Assembly (NCBI GenBank): GCA_964016885.1
Contig: OZ024740.1
Span: 197,842,001-197,906,000 of the forward strand
Direction: 5' to 3'
DNA from: Eledone cirrhosa
Taxonomy: Eukaryota
Length of the DNA stretch: 64,000 nt
Below are positions 39,091 to 55,600 of this stretch, in pieces. The stretch's first letter is position 1. Each line of letters begins with the position of its first letter. The translations under genes were made by a program, and so were the position numbers. Below the pieces are notes generated by a model. The model did no database searches, had not been told where the DNA came from, and saw nothing but the letters and a program-made list of their open reading frames with translations.

Positions 39091-41591
39091 TTTTAATCAA
39101 TTACTATATATCTTAATTACTAACAAGAGTACTAAATATATGCAAATTAGTGTGTCCATTTCAGAATACTACTAAGAGCGAATGGGTCAATATATCCATC
39201 AAATACATGTTTCGTTGAAGCTGATTCAATAATACACACATCTTGTGATGAGGGTCCAATGAGATCTGAAAGATGATTATGTTTTCAATTTACATGGAAA
39301 TTTTTATTTTCTGCTATGGGGAAGTGGTAAGGAAGGGCACATCTGCCTGTATGGGAAAGTAGAGGAAAGGACTATGAAAGCCATAAATGAGAAGAAAAGA
39401 AGGGGAAAAGCAAGGTCTCCAGGGCTACAGAAGAAAGGGACGGTAAGGGAAAGGGTGAAGGGTGATGTGCCTAGGGCGCAGCGGTGTTGGGATTGCGCCC
39501 TGTGTACAAGTGCCCCTACAACTCCATTGGGAGTTAAGCGCCCGTGGCATGGATTACTAAGTTGGAGGACTTAAACAATCTAGGGGAAGAAATAATAATG
39601 AAATTATGAAAAAAAAAAAGAAATTACATACCCCGTGGCAACTGAATCTGGTCCGCAAACTGAGTTTTTTGTTTGTCCGAAACTTACAATGATATTAGAG
39701 CCATTACATCTGAAATAACAAACTATTCATATATAAATCTTATTTTGAGCATTTCCTTAGAGGTGATTGTAGTAAAATGTAAAATCTCGTCCTACAGAGA
39801 TAACAATTTCGTATATGTTCACGTTAGAAAGAAATCAAAATAAAGAAAATAATTTTATTAGGATAATTGAATACATTTCTAAGATAAAAAAAGTACCAAA
39901 TAAAATACGGCACAGAATTGGCAGAATTGTTAGAATATGGGACCAAACCCCTTGCAATATTTGTTTTATAATCTACAAAATACATTAGCAGTCAAGGTGG
40001 TGGGTTGCTGGAATTGTTAGAGCGTAAAAAAAGATGCTTCGTGGTATTTGATTACAACTTTTCGTTTTCTGAACTCGTTTGGTGTTTGAATTTCTTTAGT
40101 GGTGTTCACACTTTTACAAGAATTTGGGCCAATACTTTAATTTGAAGCTAACAGTCTCCATACTTCCACAATACACAGAACAAGTATCATGGTCGCTATT
40201 TATACTCGTTGGCTAAAACGGTAAAAGAACATAGATTGGCTTAACACATTTGATATCAACCCTGTCAAAACCGGCTCTGGTTCTATGAAACAAAACCAAA
40301 AATCTTACAAATTAATTTCATATATCAACTATATGTTAAGGTTCTACTTCAGAACTTAGGAACTTCAATAAATTTTTTAACGTATTCATTAATCAATTGA
40401 AGTAGAATGCATTTTACTAGAAATACGGTTACGAAGGGATTAAATATAAAGGAGAAACGCAGAGTCATTCTAGATTAAATATTTAAATCTATCGCCATTA
40501 TCCACATATATACATATTTCTGCGACAGTATAAATCAGTGTTGAGTAGTCTTGTCTCAGCTCACAACCACTGATATACTATTACTTTAGTCGTCAATTCT
40601 CCTTTCGTGGTTCATATTGTCACTAGGGATTGAGTCTTTACACTATCCACTACAAAAGAATGTGTGATTCTTGATAGCACCATAAGAGATAATGGAAATA
40701 TACTTGCAGTAGCAGTAGAGAGAAAGTTGGTGTAACAGTAGAGAAACAGTTGTTATGATCAATGGAACAGTCTGCTTGTAGAATTAACGTACAAGTAGCT
40801 GAGATTTATATACTCCTAACGCAGTTCTCTGGGAGTTTCAGTGTAACATAATATATGACAAGGATGGTCCTTTGTCCTACAAGTACAACTAATTTTTGCC
40901 AGCTGTCGGAGTAATTTATCGTTTCTCTTGAGAAAGTGAAACATTTACTTCATCATAACATTTTTAAACGACTGCTTTACTGCAACGAGTTACCATTTAT
41001 ATTGCAACTTATGCTATTTACCGGTTGAAACGCCTGGTAAGAGGATGGTCAATTTGAACTCAGAATTCGTAGAGCTGGATCAGAAACTGTCAACTCCCCG
41101 CCTCGCGGATAGCTTTTTTTTTTATTGACCACGTAAGTATGAAAGGCAAAAGTTAACTGCGCTTGGGTTTCAACTCGGAACGCAGTGAATCTAAATAAAA
41201 ACCAAATTATTAAATCTGACATTTAACCATATGCCAACTAACTGTTGCAGATAGATTGAAATATATAACATTAAAATCAATCTTGAAATTGGCTGGAAGG
41301 AAAAAAACCATGTGAATTGAGATTTATTATTTATTAATATCCTTTTAACAAATTGGGTTACTTGAACTACTTAATTTTGTTTGAGATTTATTTTAAAGGC
41401 AATTCAATATGAGCTCATGATTTTCTAGATATGGGTTTAGCTTTGAAAAGAATGGCATTAAGAAACCTTATATATTCAAAAGTCACACACCAGAGGTATA
41501 TGACATGTAATATATTGAGATTCAGTGTTAGAATTTGTTAGTAGGAGAATATAACACCATAAATAATACCATAAATAACAATGGTGCTGAT

Positions 41592-41592
<1 letters not shown>

Positions 41593-41668
<76 letters not shown>

Positions 41669-41678
41669 ATACTACTAT
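41593..41678 (+). repeat. (ACT)n microsatellite
   Basis: Direct reading. Confidence 0.95.
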
Positions 41679-42459
41679 CTAGCTAGCTATAATAGGGTAG
41701 CATAATCAGGGGATAAAAATATGTGAAACGAAAACTGAAAATACTGAGCGCTATGTAAAAAGAGGAATTTACAAAATGTGAGGGGTGAAAAAGGTTGAAG
41801 TTATAACAGTAGGAATGGGTGCTTTGGGGATAGTAAATATATTTAAAAATTTGAAATTGTGATGCGTATACTCGAGTTCTTTTATATAAAGAAAGAAAGA
41901 ATACCTGAGACCTTCCGTTCTTTGATATGGCTCATTCTCTCATTATATATAACTGGCATAAGACCGGGGTGGCCAATCTGCCGGAGCCGCGGGGCAGCCA
42001 GCGCGTGGGCCCCCAATTGCTCATAATAGTGAGAGATGGGGAAAGCAGGAGAGACGGAGGCAGTGACAGTGGGAGTTTGGTTCCTTTGTGTTCGGATCTG
42101 GTGTATTTGTATATGTTTCACGGACACACACTCTCTGGGTCAGCAAAGAAATGCAACAATTTGTGATATCTGAAAGATCAATTAAAATGTAAGATTTTCA
42201 TATGGAATTTTCCCATTCATAATGTTAAAATGTAAATCGTAGTGTTTATGTATAAAATAAGACCTGTCTTGTAAAGTGAAATAAATAATACCTGTAATAT
42301 GCTTGGATTCTCTATTCGATCACTATCAGATGACCCTACACATCGGTGGTCACCATGCGCTTACATTGTCCTGTTGATTGTGTCCTTTCTTTAGCGGTGT
42401 ACATGTACATGAGATTTTCGGCACAAGGTCAACAATATTTTGGAGAGGCAAAGAGTCGA

Positions 42460-43300
42460 TCACGCGTTAGCCACCTCCGCTCGACCTTTCAGGGATAGCT
42501 TCCTCTCGGCCCATTTCTGCGTGAGAGAAGCCACCCTGCCCGTCACCTCGTCCCAGTTTTTGTCCGTCTGGAGATCCGGACCGAACCAGACCCCGAGCAA
42601 TTTAACCGGTCCGTCCGTCCAGCGGCCGACGACGCTGTTGGACGGCATGGACCTGCCTCTCCAGGTGCCGAGTTGCAGGCCCACTGACTTTTCCTGGTTG
42701 ATCATTGCTCCTGTCACCGCTTCGTATTCTCTTAGTGTAGTGCCGATCGCCTCGATGTGCTTGGCGTTCGACACCACTACGGTGACATCGTCCGCATATG
42801 CTGACACGGATCTTCCGCATATGCTGACACGGATCTTCCGCATCCTAGTTCGCGCGGGACCCCCCTCAACGTCTCCAGTTTGTGCAGTAATGGCTCGAGA
42901 GTCAATACGTACAAGAGGGACGAGAGGGGACATCCTTGGCAGACCGAGCACATGATGTTGAACGGTTCCGAAAGGTGACCGTTCACTCTCACCACAGAGC
43001 AGATGTCGCTGTGCATGGCAGCGATCCAGCCTCTGAAGACGGGCCCAAAGCCAGCCGCCCTCAGGACTGCCGCTAGGTAACTATGGTCGGCCCTATCGAA
43101 AGCTTTCAACTGATCTAAATTGATCAAGGACCCACCCGTGCCAGGTTCCCTAGCTACCCTCTGTACGATGTATCGCATGAGGTGGAGGTTATCGTGGATG
43201 GATCTGTCGGGAATGGCGCATGTCTGCGCCTCTCCCACCAGACCACCAACGACAAGCGCTAACCTCTTTGCTAGCACCTTGGCCAAAATCTTGAACTCTG
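42460..43300 (-). pseudogene. Internal Tx1 RT fragment (different subfamily)
   Basis: [32 protein letters not shown] 23-bp tandem duplication at ~42791-42843 causes a frameshift. Confidence 0.9.
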
Positions 43301-43358
43301 CGCCGCCTGTTTTGGCCGCCATACTATACTTCTACATATATATATATATATATACATG

Positions 43359-45067
<1,709 letters not shown>

Positions 45068-45068
45068 C

Positions 45069-45138
<70 letters not shown>

Positions 45139-45282
45139 GTATATATATATACATAAATATATCTATATACGTATATATATATATACGTATACATATACGT
45201 ATATATATATACGTATATATATATATATATATATATATACGTATATATATATATACGTATACATATACGTATATATATATAC

Positions 45283-45316
<34 letters not shown>

Positions 45317-45320
45317 GTAT

Positions 45321-48300
45321 ACTCTTTTACTCTTTTACTCTTTTACTTGTTTCAGCCATCCGGCTGAGGCCATGCTGGGGCACCGCCCTTGTTGCTACAC
45401 ATTTTATCTCCTGCCTGTATATGTTTGGCCACTGGTGTAAGAGGTTTCCCTCGTGCCTTGCTGTGGGCTCATCTGGGATCCTGGATAACAAGGTGTCCAG
45501 ATGTTTCTTGAAGACATCCACCTCCACGTGATGCAAATCTCTAAGATCCCTCGCCAGCTTGTTGAAGAGTTGAGGGCCCTTGAATCTCAGGCTATTGCAA
45601 TACCTGCTCCTCATTCTAGATGTGGAAGACGGGACCTTTGGCACCACACAGTGACGCCCTGTTCGACGGTTGGTCCAGCTCCCAATGCCAAAGTTTGGTG
45701 CTAGTCCCTCCAGGATTTTCCACATGTAGATCACTGCGTATCTCTCCCGTCTTCGTTCCAAGGAGTAGAGGTTCAGTTCCTTTAGCCTCTCCCAGTAGCA
45801 TGTCTCCTTCATCGTGGCAATCCTCTTGGTGTAGCTTCGCTGGATTGCCTCAAGCTCCGTTGTTAGTTTGACACTATGGGGTGACCACAACTGGGAGCAG
45901 TAGTCAAGGCGCCTTTGGACAAATGTCCTCCATAGTGTCAACATGGTGTCTCGGTCTCTTGCCCGGAAAGTCCTCAAGATCCAGCCAGCGAGTCGTCTGC
46001 ACATTGTCGCCACTTTCATGATGTGTGAAGAAAACGATGCATCATCGCTCATGTCTATGCCCAGGTCTCGTATCGATTTTGACACGGGGTATCGTCTCTC
46101 CTGGTCCTGTGTAGTTGTGTTGTACTATATTTGTGTTTTCAGGTTTGTTTGGAGGTTTGTATTGTAGGACTTGGAATTTGCCAGCATTAAACTGCATATT
46201 GTTTTCTTCCGCCCATTTGTATATGGCATCCAGATCTTATTGTAAAAGGGCAGCGTCAGCCGGGTTTTTGATTGCCTGTGCTACCTTAGTGTCATCAGCA
46301 TAGCTAGTGAGGGATGTTGTTGTATCTACTACAGAGGGCATGTATGAGAGAGCCACCAAAAATAGTAGTGGTCCCAGGACTGTCCTCTGGGGCACCCCAC
46401 TTGTTATTGGTGTTTCCTTTGAGAGGGCCCCATTTGCTGCGACTGTCTGGCTTCTGTCCTTTAGGAAGTCATGCAGCCACTCACCTACCTTTCCAGTTAT
46501 GCCGAGTCCGTGTAGTTTGTGACATATCATTCCGTGGTCGACCTTGTCAAAGGCCTTCGCAAAGTCAAGATATATCACCTCCACATGTGAGCTGTCTAGT
46601 AGTTGTTTCAGTACCCAGTCGTAGTGATGTAGCAGCTGTGTAATGCAGTATCTTCCTGGGCGGAAGCCATGTTGCGTGCTAGTCAGGCGGTCATTTTCCT
46701 CGAGGAAAGTGATCAGAATCTTTCTGACAACTCGCTCCATGACCTTACTGATATGCGACGTCAGGGAGACTGGCCTATAGTTTTTGGCCTCCGCTCTGCT
46801 ACCTCCTTTATGGATACGGCATATTGAGCCTTCTTTCAGCTCCCTGGGTAGTACACCGCTATCCAAGGAGCTTCTGAAGAGCATCGTCAGTGGGGTTGCT
46901 AACTCCCGCTTACATATTTTTAAGAGAACTGCTGGGAATCCATCAGGTCCAGCAGCTGAGTCTGTTCTAATTTCATCAATGGCGTACACCACATCCTCCT
47001 CCGTTATGTCTATGTGGTTGATGGTTGCCATTTCTTCATGTAGTGTTGTGGCATCAAAGAACTCCTCTGGCTTCGTTATTTGCATGTGCCTCAGTGGACA
47101 TGTGAACACACTTTTGTACTGTTCGTTCAGTATTTCACATATCTCTTGGGGGTTTTCGGTTAATTAACCGCCCGTATGGAAGAGTGGCCCAATCTTGCAG
47201 TGTACCGAGGCAGTTCTTTTGCAAATTTAAAGAAGGCCTTAGGGTTTGTTTTAATGTTTTCTATGGCCCTGTTCTCTTTGAAATGGGAAAGCTTGAGTGC
47301 AATCTCGGTGCCAAGTAGTGCACATTTCAAATAGGATTCCTTCTTGTTTTTGTTTTGTTGACTATTCAACTGGTTTGAGAGCTTGGTTCTACGTCTCATA
47401 AGGATTTTCCTATCTCTGGGAATAAGATTTTTGTGTCTGTTTGCCTTTTTCTCCGGGACAAACCTTTTGCATATAGTGTGTATCGTTGTCATGAAGTGTT
47501 GAAATTGTGTGTTAGTGTCTTGTGTGGCGGTGTTGTCACTCCATGTTTGCTTCCGGATTTCTCTCTTAATCTTTTTCCAGTTAGCCTTGTAGAAGTTAAG
47601 GCTGGATAACGTCCCGGAGCTTCTTAGTGGTTTTGTCTCTGTTGGTTCTCTCGGACCACATATCATTAGCTCTACTAAGTTATGATCCGAGAGAATTGTT
47701 GGTGTCACCTTTACATTGTGGATGAGCACTTCGTTGTTTGTAAAACAGAGCTCCAGGACATTTTCGCCTCTTGTTGGGAGGAGTATTGCTTGCTCCATGA
47801 ACAGCCTGTGTGTGAGGGCCAGCAGGGATTCCGTCTGTCTCTGTTCTATTGACGTCATTCCAGGGAGGAGGTGGCCCTCAGGCCATTTGACCTTTGGTAG
47901 CTTGAAGTCTCCCAGCAGTAGAATGTTGAGACCCTGGTCCAGTTTGTCAAGGACCTCTTCTATCCTACTTAGGCTATCCTCAAATTTACCCTCATGACTG
48001 GGGGCATCGGGCGGCCGATATGTGACACATATTACTGTCTGTAGTTGCTTCATATGTACTATCAGTGTGTCACAGACTGAGTTTGAATGTGTCAACAGTA
48101 CAATTGGCGTGACATCTTAACGGATATACAGAGCAGCCCCACCATGAGTTCTCTCCTTCCTGTCCGAACGAAATACAGTATATTTCGGTATATGTATTTC
48201 TTCATCTGCTATACTGCTTGTCAGGTGCGTTTCGGTTAGAGCCATGCATAATGCTTGATTGCTTATGGCTAAGTCTCCCAGGTAGGAAATTTTACTCATG

Positions 48301-49113
48301 TTACTGAGTTTCACCAGGCCTCTGACATTCAACAGCAGCACTGGTGTGACTTTTGGGGTGCCAGTAATGGCTGTCGGTATGACACCTGGTCTGGTGTCAG
48401 CGGCGGCCACTCTGGGTCCCTTAGCTGTGGTGGTCTCGAGTGCTGGTGTGGGTGACCCTGGCTCTGGAAACGATGCAACCAGGTCAGCTGTCCCACAATT
48501 TTCTCTGCCATCACTGAAAAGTTTTTCTGCTCTGCTGCTGCCATCTGTATCTCCTCGGCATGTGCGTGCCTTCTCCTTCTTGGTGCGGCACGCGCGACAT
48601 CAGTATACTTCTGGAGCGGCTTATTTCGGTTTTGGCTGGGGCATGTTGCGCAAGTAAGATGCGCATAGTTCGTTTGAGACCTGGGGTGGGCGAATCAGCA
48701 TCCCATCCCCGTCTCTCCATGCCAGCAGGTCCCGTTCTTGAAAAACTTGCACATTACTTGGGTTTTTTTGCTCCCAGTGTCTTGGTGGTTTCTGTTCTTC
48801 CTTTGAACAGTTGTCCACTGGTCCCTCTGCACTTGGTTCTCCTTCGGAAGGTGATTTCGCTTTTCACCTCTACCTTTTGCTTGTTGGTTGCCCGGCCTGC
48901 CCTCCCTGACTGTGGCGGAGGGTATCTCATTTTCTTTCAGGTCCGTGCTTGTGCTCTCCTCCTTTTCTTTTTCTTTCTCCCTCTCCTCTCCCTTCTCTTC
49001 GGTTTTCTCCTCCCTGAGGACACGGCTTAGCATCGCCATATGTGGCGCTATGAGAACATACGCCTTCACAATTTCTTTTCTCTTTCTCTCTATCTGTGCC
49101 AGGGTCCTCAGAA
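45321..49113 (-). mobile_element. CR1-like LINE, disrupted
   Basis: ORF1 remnant with CCCH-like CKFFKNGTC-x8-C-x3-H. APE motifs LNVRGL, LTETHL, YRPP, LLGDF, SDHN. RT motifs YLDFAKAFDKVDH, GVPQxTVLGP, YADDTK. C-terminal LDYCSQLWSP and LERRR. Tail (GTAAAAGA)3. Confidence 0.9.
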
Positions 49114-49147
49114 AACGTATATATATATACGTATATATATATATATA

Positions 49148-49423
<276 letters not shown>

Positions 49424-49637
49424 AATATTTAACTCCGTAATAGCACCACCAACTACAAAACAAAGACGGTTGAACTGCTTTACGTTGAGTACTCTCTATA
49501 TTATTGCATTACGCTTGACCATACGGAATAGACCAGCTCTATACAGTGGTGAACCTCAAACCTGAATATATATATATATATATATATATACACGTATATA
49601 TATATATATACCTATATATATATACATATAAGTATAA

Positions 49638-49722
<85 letters not shown>

Positions 49723-49917
49723 TACTTGGGGAGGGTCATATTTGTGTAATATTGCCAGAATTAATAACAGAACACACTCACTGTTTGGTTGGTTTTCGCT
49801 TCTCGCTGTCTTTTATATCGGTAATCTAACTTACTCGGTCCTCAATGTTGCCATTGACTGACCGATGGTCAAAAATAATACAGATACAATATAGACACAA
49901 ACACATATATATAGTTT

Positions 49918-49959
49918 ATCATAAATCTTTCGTTGCACATCTGCAACATCGTCAGTGGT
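49918..49959 (-). ncRNA. Minimal hammerhead-like motif in PLE 3' repeat
   Basis: ACCA-CTGACGA-T-GTTGCA gatg TGCAAC-GAAA-GATT-TA-TGAT. Confidence 0.65.
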
Positions 49960-50198
49960 GTTATATTTTCCTCCTGTTGTGTTGTATGTCTACGCCATTT
50001 TTATTCAGTCTGTCTATATATTTATTTATTTATTTGCTTGTTTGTTTATTTTATTTTGTCTTCTTTGCGCATGCGTTTGCGTGTGTGTATAGTGTTATGT
50101 TTGCTGTGTGATGGGTGACTAGTGTGTGTTTATGTGCTTGTTGTTATTGTGCTTGTGTATGTATTTATTTATTTATTTATCTTATTTTATTTACCTAT

Positions 50199-52375
50199 TT
50201 ATACTTCTCTTAGGTCAGTGTTGTTTGTTTGGGTGTTGTTGTTATTCCATTCATTCTTTCTGTTTAGCTTTGGTATTCTAATTTCTATTTCACTGGCCTC
50301 TCTGATTTGCCTATCTGCTGGGTCATTTCTATGTTTAGATATTATTCTAATTTCTATGTTGTCTATGTTACCGTCATGTTGTTGTCTAGCATGTTCGTAT
50401 AGTACTGACCCGTTTTTTCGTCCTTTTAGTTCCCCCCAGTGTTGGTCTATCCTTTCACCTATGCTACGAGCTGTCTCACCTCTGTATGTTGTTGTCATGT
50501 TTCTGCAAGTACCCTCTGTACATCTTATGCTATAGACTACGTTTCTAGTTTTACAGTTTATCCGGGGGTTCACCTTACATATGATACATTTCCTATTGGT
50601 ACAGTGGGTTTTCTTAAAAGGGTAGGTTTTGCTGATCAGGGATTTTATGGTGGTTCCTGGCTTTTCTACCACATTTATTTTTAAGTGGGTCTTTCTCAGG
50701 GCCCTTCTACACTGGTTAGCTAATTTCCCTCCAGGGGTGGCGTACACAAACATGACACTCTGGTATCTCTGGTTGTCGTACCATGAGGTGGCTTTCCCTA
50801 TCTTATGTCTAGCCCTATCTAAGCTATTCCATGATTTGCTCCTGTATAATGGGCAAATTCCTTTCATGTCCAGTTCTATGAGGGTCTTATACTTTTCCAT
50901 GGCTCCTTCGTATTCTCTGATTCTGTCTCTTTGGTTGTAGCCAGAGAACTGCATCCGGTTGATGAAGTGTTGGATGTGTCTTTCCATTTCTGTTGGGTCG
51001 CACATGCGGGACACATTCTTCATCACTCGTACCAAATCTGCGATCAGAATATTAAACTTAGCACTACTGGACATTGCTGAGTTTTTGAGTATCAGGTATT
51101 TGGAGGCCATGGGTTTAGCATAGTGTGAGTGGAGAATTTGGGCTCTCTCGTCTATAGTGTTAATCCAGAGTTCTGTGTCTAATACAGGTAGTCTATTGTT
51201 AGGGTGTTTGGAAGGGAAGTCGATAGTTACAGTTATACTCTGGTGTATGGAATTAGCTATCTGCTGGATGCTTTCCATCGTGCTACGTTCTAAATCAAAC
51301 TTGTTAGTGCTCTCTAGTGGGGGTGTTCTTATAACTATATTGATATCGTCTACATAACGGGAGTACATGATGAGGTCTTTGGAGCTTTCATTAAGGAGAT
51401 CTTTAAGTCTCCTTTCCCACCATACCATGAAAAGTTTGGCAACATCACCAGCTATGCTGACGCCGATGGCTGCTCCCTCATTTTGGGTGTAGATTTTCTC
51501 ATTGAACTTAAATATGTGGCCCTTTAGGGTAGTTTTGATACTAGCCCCTATTGCATGTGCGACCATTTTTCTTACCTGATCATTGTTTTGGGGGGTCCGT
51601 ATAGCTTTGGTCCACCCTCCCATGGGAGTCTTTTTTGCCATTGAGGTTATGGTGGGGGGTCTACCTCTTATAGGTCTACTAGGGCAGAAACATCTAAGGT
51701 CATGGCTGTCTAGGTAGTCAGTGTCGTAGGTAAGTCTAAGTAGGAGGCCCAGTTCGTCTGTGTCGACGTCGCAGAACTCCACCTCACTCTCAATGATCAT
51801 CTCCACACATCGTTTCACAGCAAAATCAATGTTAATGGATGGGTACAGTGACACCACATCCATGCTGCCTATTATGCAGTTGGATAGGCTCCTGTTTTTG
51901 TTGCACTCACTGATTCTGCTGAGGAGGTCCTCTGTACTGTCACATACATCTGGGGACATCTTGATCATGGGGCGTATAACCATTGAGAGGAAGTAGGAGA
52001 TCCTGTAGTTGCTAGCTATATTAGCTCCGCATACGGGTCTTGTGGGTGGTCCTGTTGTCGGGTCGTCGACTGTCTTGTGGTCTTTGCGGAGCCCATACAA
52101 GGGTGGTATGCCATTGTTAGACGCCTGGAAGTTGTTGGCAGTGCGTCTGCTTGGCTTTAGGATGTCAGTCCACATCATCATGTGAGCATTGAGGATTTTT
52201 TCTCTCCCATCGTGTGTTTGTTGTGCAATTTCGCTCGTGTTGGTGATGTGGGGTTGCATAGCCTCGATGTAGTTCGGCATGCTATCTATTGACATCCTAC
52301 CAGACTTATCCGTGGGTAGACACACTACCTCACCATCCCTTGTGCGCTGCTTGAGGCTAACCAAGCCTTCTACAG
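50199..52375 (-). CDS. PLE RT plus GIY-YIG endonuclease (N-terminally truncated)
   Basis: TDKSG, SMDVVSLYPSI, GAAIG, RYVDD, Cx4Cx2C linker, VVY...YRGETARS, LNRKNEW. The first ~12 aa of the ORF-track entry come from the junction. Confidence 0.92.
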
Positions 52376-52473
52376 GTTTCCCCAAGTATAACAATATTTG
52401 TTTCGACACACGATTTCATATAATAAACCTCGCAAAACTATATATATATATATAAATATATATACGTATATAT

Positions 52474-52610
52474 AGAATTAGCCGTCGAAACGGCTTGAGC
52501 TCAGCCGTCGGGGTCCTACTCGTTCCTATTACCCACTCTACTACCCTAAGTATTGAGAACTTTGGTGCGTTATGGTCCACCTGGTTCCATACCACATTTC
52601 CTTCGTTATA
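52474..52610 (+). mobile_element. Probable PLE terminal fragment (same family as 56665-56861)
   Basis: Reverse-complement match to 56665-56800. Begins AGAATTAGCCGTC-GAAA-CGGC-TT. Confidence 0.7.
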
Positions 52611-52643
52611 TATATATATATATATAAATATATATGTATATAC

Positions 52644-52669
<26 letters not shown>

Positions 52670-52675
<6 letters not shown>

Positions 52676-55600
52676 TCAGGTTATCAATAATGTAGTGATA
52701 ATATATCGTTACGTTAGAGATGAACAGCGTACGCGCAGGTTTGCTCAACGAGTATAAATTATATTCCGGAGAAATGTAGAAAGGATGAATATAAAATGAA
52801 AGTGCTTTTGTTAAAAAAGGAATTTATTAGGTATTGACATATGTTTCTGTAACAGACCGAATACCTATGTATCGCTGCTTGCGTAATCATATAATGTTAG
52901 CAAGTATTCGATAGCAAATGTATAATCAGTTGTCACTTCTTCAGAGATTTTGGATAAACTGGATAAAATCATAAAAATTGAAGTATTTATATTAGTAAAA
53001 GAGGAAGGAACAGAGGGGATAGAATATGACAGATGGTAAAATAATTTACTGCTAAACAAGTATATAATGGGTTTTTAATGAGAATACCATGAGTAAATCT
53101 AAATAAGAATTTTTGGGGTGCCGATTTTAATCTCTACTTGACCAACTGGACAGTGGACAGGGCTGGTCATTTGGTGCAGTAGTATTAATCATAAAGTGTC
53201 AATTGGGGAAGGGGGAGATTTCGATTGCTACTAAATAACATCAATGCTAGTAGTCAGCTGGTATTTGCACTAGGGAATTGAATCAAAAAATCAGAAATCT
53301 CATTTTATCTATAGCAGTTTGTATTAAAAGGTAAATAATAGAAGAGTTGATAGAATTAAGACTAATAAAGAATGTTCATATCTATTTTGACAATCAAACG
53401 GGGATAGAGACAGGCGTTCAATCCTGGTAGTATTTATAATATGAAAATGTAGATTTTAAGCGATGGTTACAGTATAACGATCGCTCTATTCTGTTACTTA
53501 ATAAAATGTTTTTGGATTTCATAATACAAAATAATTCTACATTACATAATCTACAAAATTCCTGTCCATTGGAATATGGGGGGGCAGTCGCTATTATATC
53601 CCATTTTAGGTGAAATTGTTGGTTATTTTCACGCAGCTGCCAAGCCTTGTCTGCGAGTGTTGTTACATAACGCTGGTTTTCATGTTTTATCGAATAACGA
53701 TGTCTATAAAGGCGTGATTTAAAGGAGGTGGCTGTAGATCCCACATAGTACCACTTCTGTCTATCCGATTCGATAGTACATTTGTATACGATGTTGCGTT
53801 CAAGACACTGATTGTTCAACGGACACATTCCTGGTTGGACACAGTTGCAATTACAATTTTGCGTTGTTGTATTGCCATGGATGGGTTGATGAGGTTGCTT
53901 ATGTAGGACAGGATGTTGTTTGTTGTTTTGTGATGTTATAGCTAATGTTTTACGTGTATTGTTATGTGTTGGAAGGCGTTTATACAACCGTTTTGCGTTA
54001 AGCATTTTTATATGTTGTTCAATATTAGGGGCGGTTGAATATGAAAGTCGGATGGTGTTAGGGTTTAAGATTTTATTATATTTATGTGATGTTGGAAAGT
54101 GTTTTCTAACTAATCGAAAGAATTTTGAGGGTAGATTGGTTTTAATAGATTTGTTATAGACCGGGTTGTACCAGATATACTCCTTACATCGTCTTCTGTT
54201 TGGTGGTGTGCGACTATTATTGTGTCTATTGCGGTAGTGTATGTATGGTGGTGATTCTGTGCTATTTCTACTCCTATGTGATTTATTTTGGGTGTTTTGG
54301 TGATCATTGACTATATACTCTATATTATCTAGGTGACCGGCTTTCCTAAGTGCATCATCATAATACTCGGCATGTTCTTTGAAGGTTTGTTGGTTGGACG
54401 ATAGGCGGGAGATTCTAAGAGAAACATTTCTAGGGATGGATTTAATTATAGAGAGTGGATGGTTAGAACTCGTATTTACATATTTAAGGTTCTCATTTAG
54501 TTTATGGAACGGTTTAATCGTATCTGTATTGAGATTGAAAGTAACATCAAGGAAATTGACCTCTTTGAGGTTATATTCAAATGTAATATTTGATCCTAGT
54601 TCTTTAAAAAGTTTTCTGATATTTTTACGCATCCTTTCTAAATTCTGGTTATTCATATTCTTAACTAATAGGAGCGCATCGTCACGGTAAATTCCACCGT
54701 GGAGATCCTTGAATTTTCCTTGTAATCTGTGGGTGATATAAATTCCCACAAGATCTGTTACCTCCGCCGAATCATTAGAACCCATAGTGATATCAAAATT
54801 AGAAGGTCTATCTTTGCGAACCCAGTAGCTATCATCGAATTTAACTATAGTTTTTCTCGCTTCCATAATAATTTTAATTTCAGCATCCGTAAGGTCGGAA
54901 TTATCCTTAGCGAACGAAAGAGCTTCATGTAGAGTATCAGGTGAAATTGAGGAATAATATTCATCAATATCAAACTGAATAAATTTTGATTTTTTCTTAT
55001 CAGTAATGTTGTTAAACCATCTTATTGCTTCATGAGTGTTACCCCATAGTTTAATCTCTACTTTAACCTTAACTTGGGGGATAATTCTGTCTAGTATATA
55101 TTTGCTAATTTTACCTATATCAGATTTAGAGGGGCATATAAGTCTAATATTAGGGTTAGTATCGAAGTTTACCTTGTGGTCCTTCAGGTTGAAGGATGGT
55201 ATAGCTGGTGTTAAGGGTTGCGTTCTATCGTCAATACAAAGTTTTTTAACAATATCACATGCCGAGTTGTTGATGTTTTTAAGTGTGGCTTCATTAGTTT
55301 TCCTGTATTTTTTATGCAATTCCTTACGGATGAAGTTATTGTAAGTGTCCACATCCATGGTATATACGTTTGATGTTTTGTCAGCTCTAACAATAACTCC
55401 ATTGGCGTTTTTTTAGATTATTGAGCAGTGCCGTGATGTCATTCTGTAGTTTATTGTTCTTACGTTTTGTAAATTTGATCTCCATGATCATATCCATTAG
55501 GTCTTGTACAAACTGCTATAGATAAAATGAGATTTCTGATTTTTTGATTCAATTCCCTAGTGCAAATACCAGCTGACTACTAGCATTGATGTTATTTAGT

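Larger units (their letters stand above)
49718..52400 (-). mobile_element. 5'-truncated Neptune-like Penelope element
   Basis: Open RT-GIY-YIG frame. 3' terminus TATGACCCTCCCAAGTATAAC into (TA)n. A short inverted copy of that terminus lies at 52381-52392. Confidence 0.9.

Noticed and set aside
41962-42015. hAT-like terminus CGGGGTGGCCAA
   Set aside because: No matching second TIR or target duplication found.
53385-53420. TGA ending the Naiad ORF as a possible selenocysteine codon
   Set aside because: It lies after the last conserved motif, read-through adds only 7 residues before another TGA, and I could not see a SECIS.
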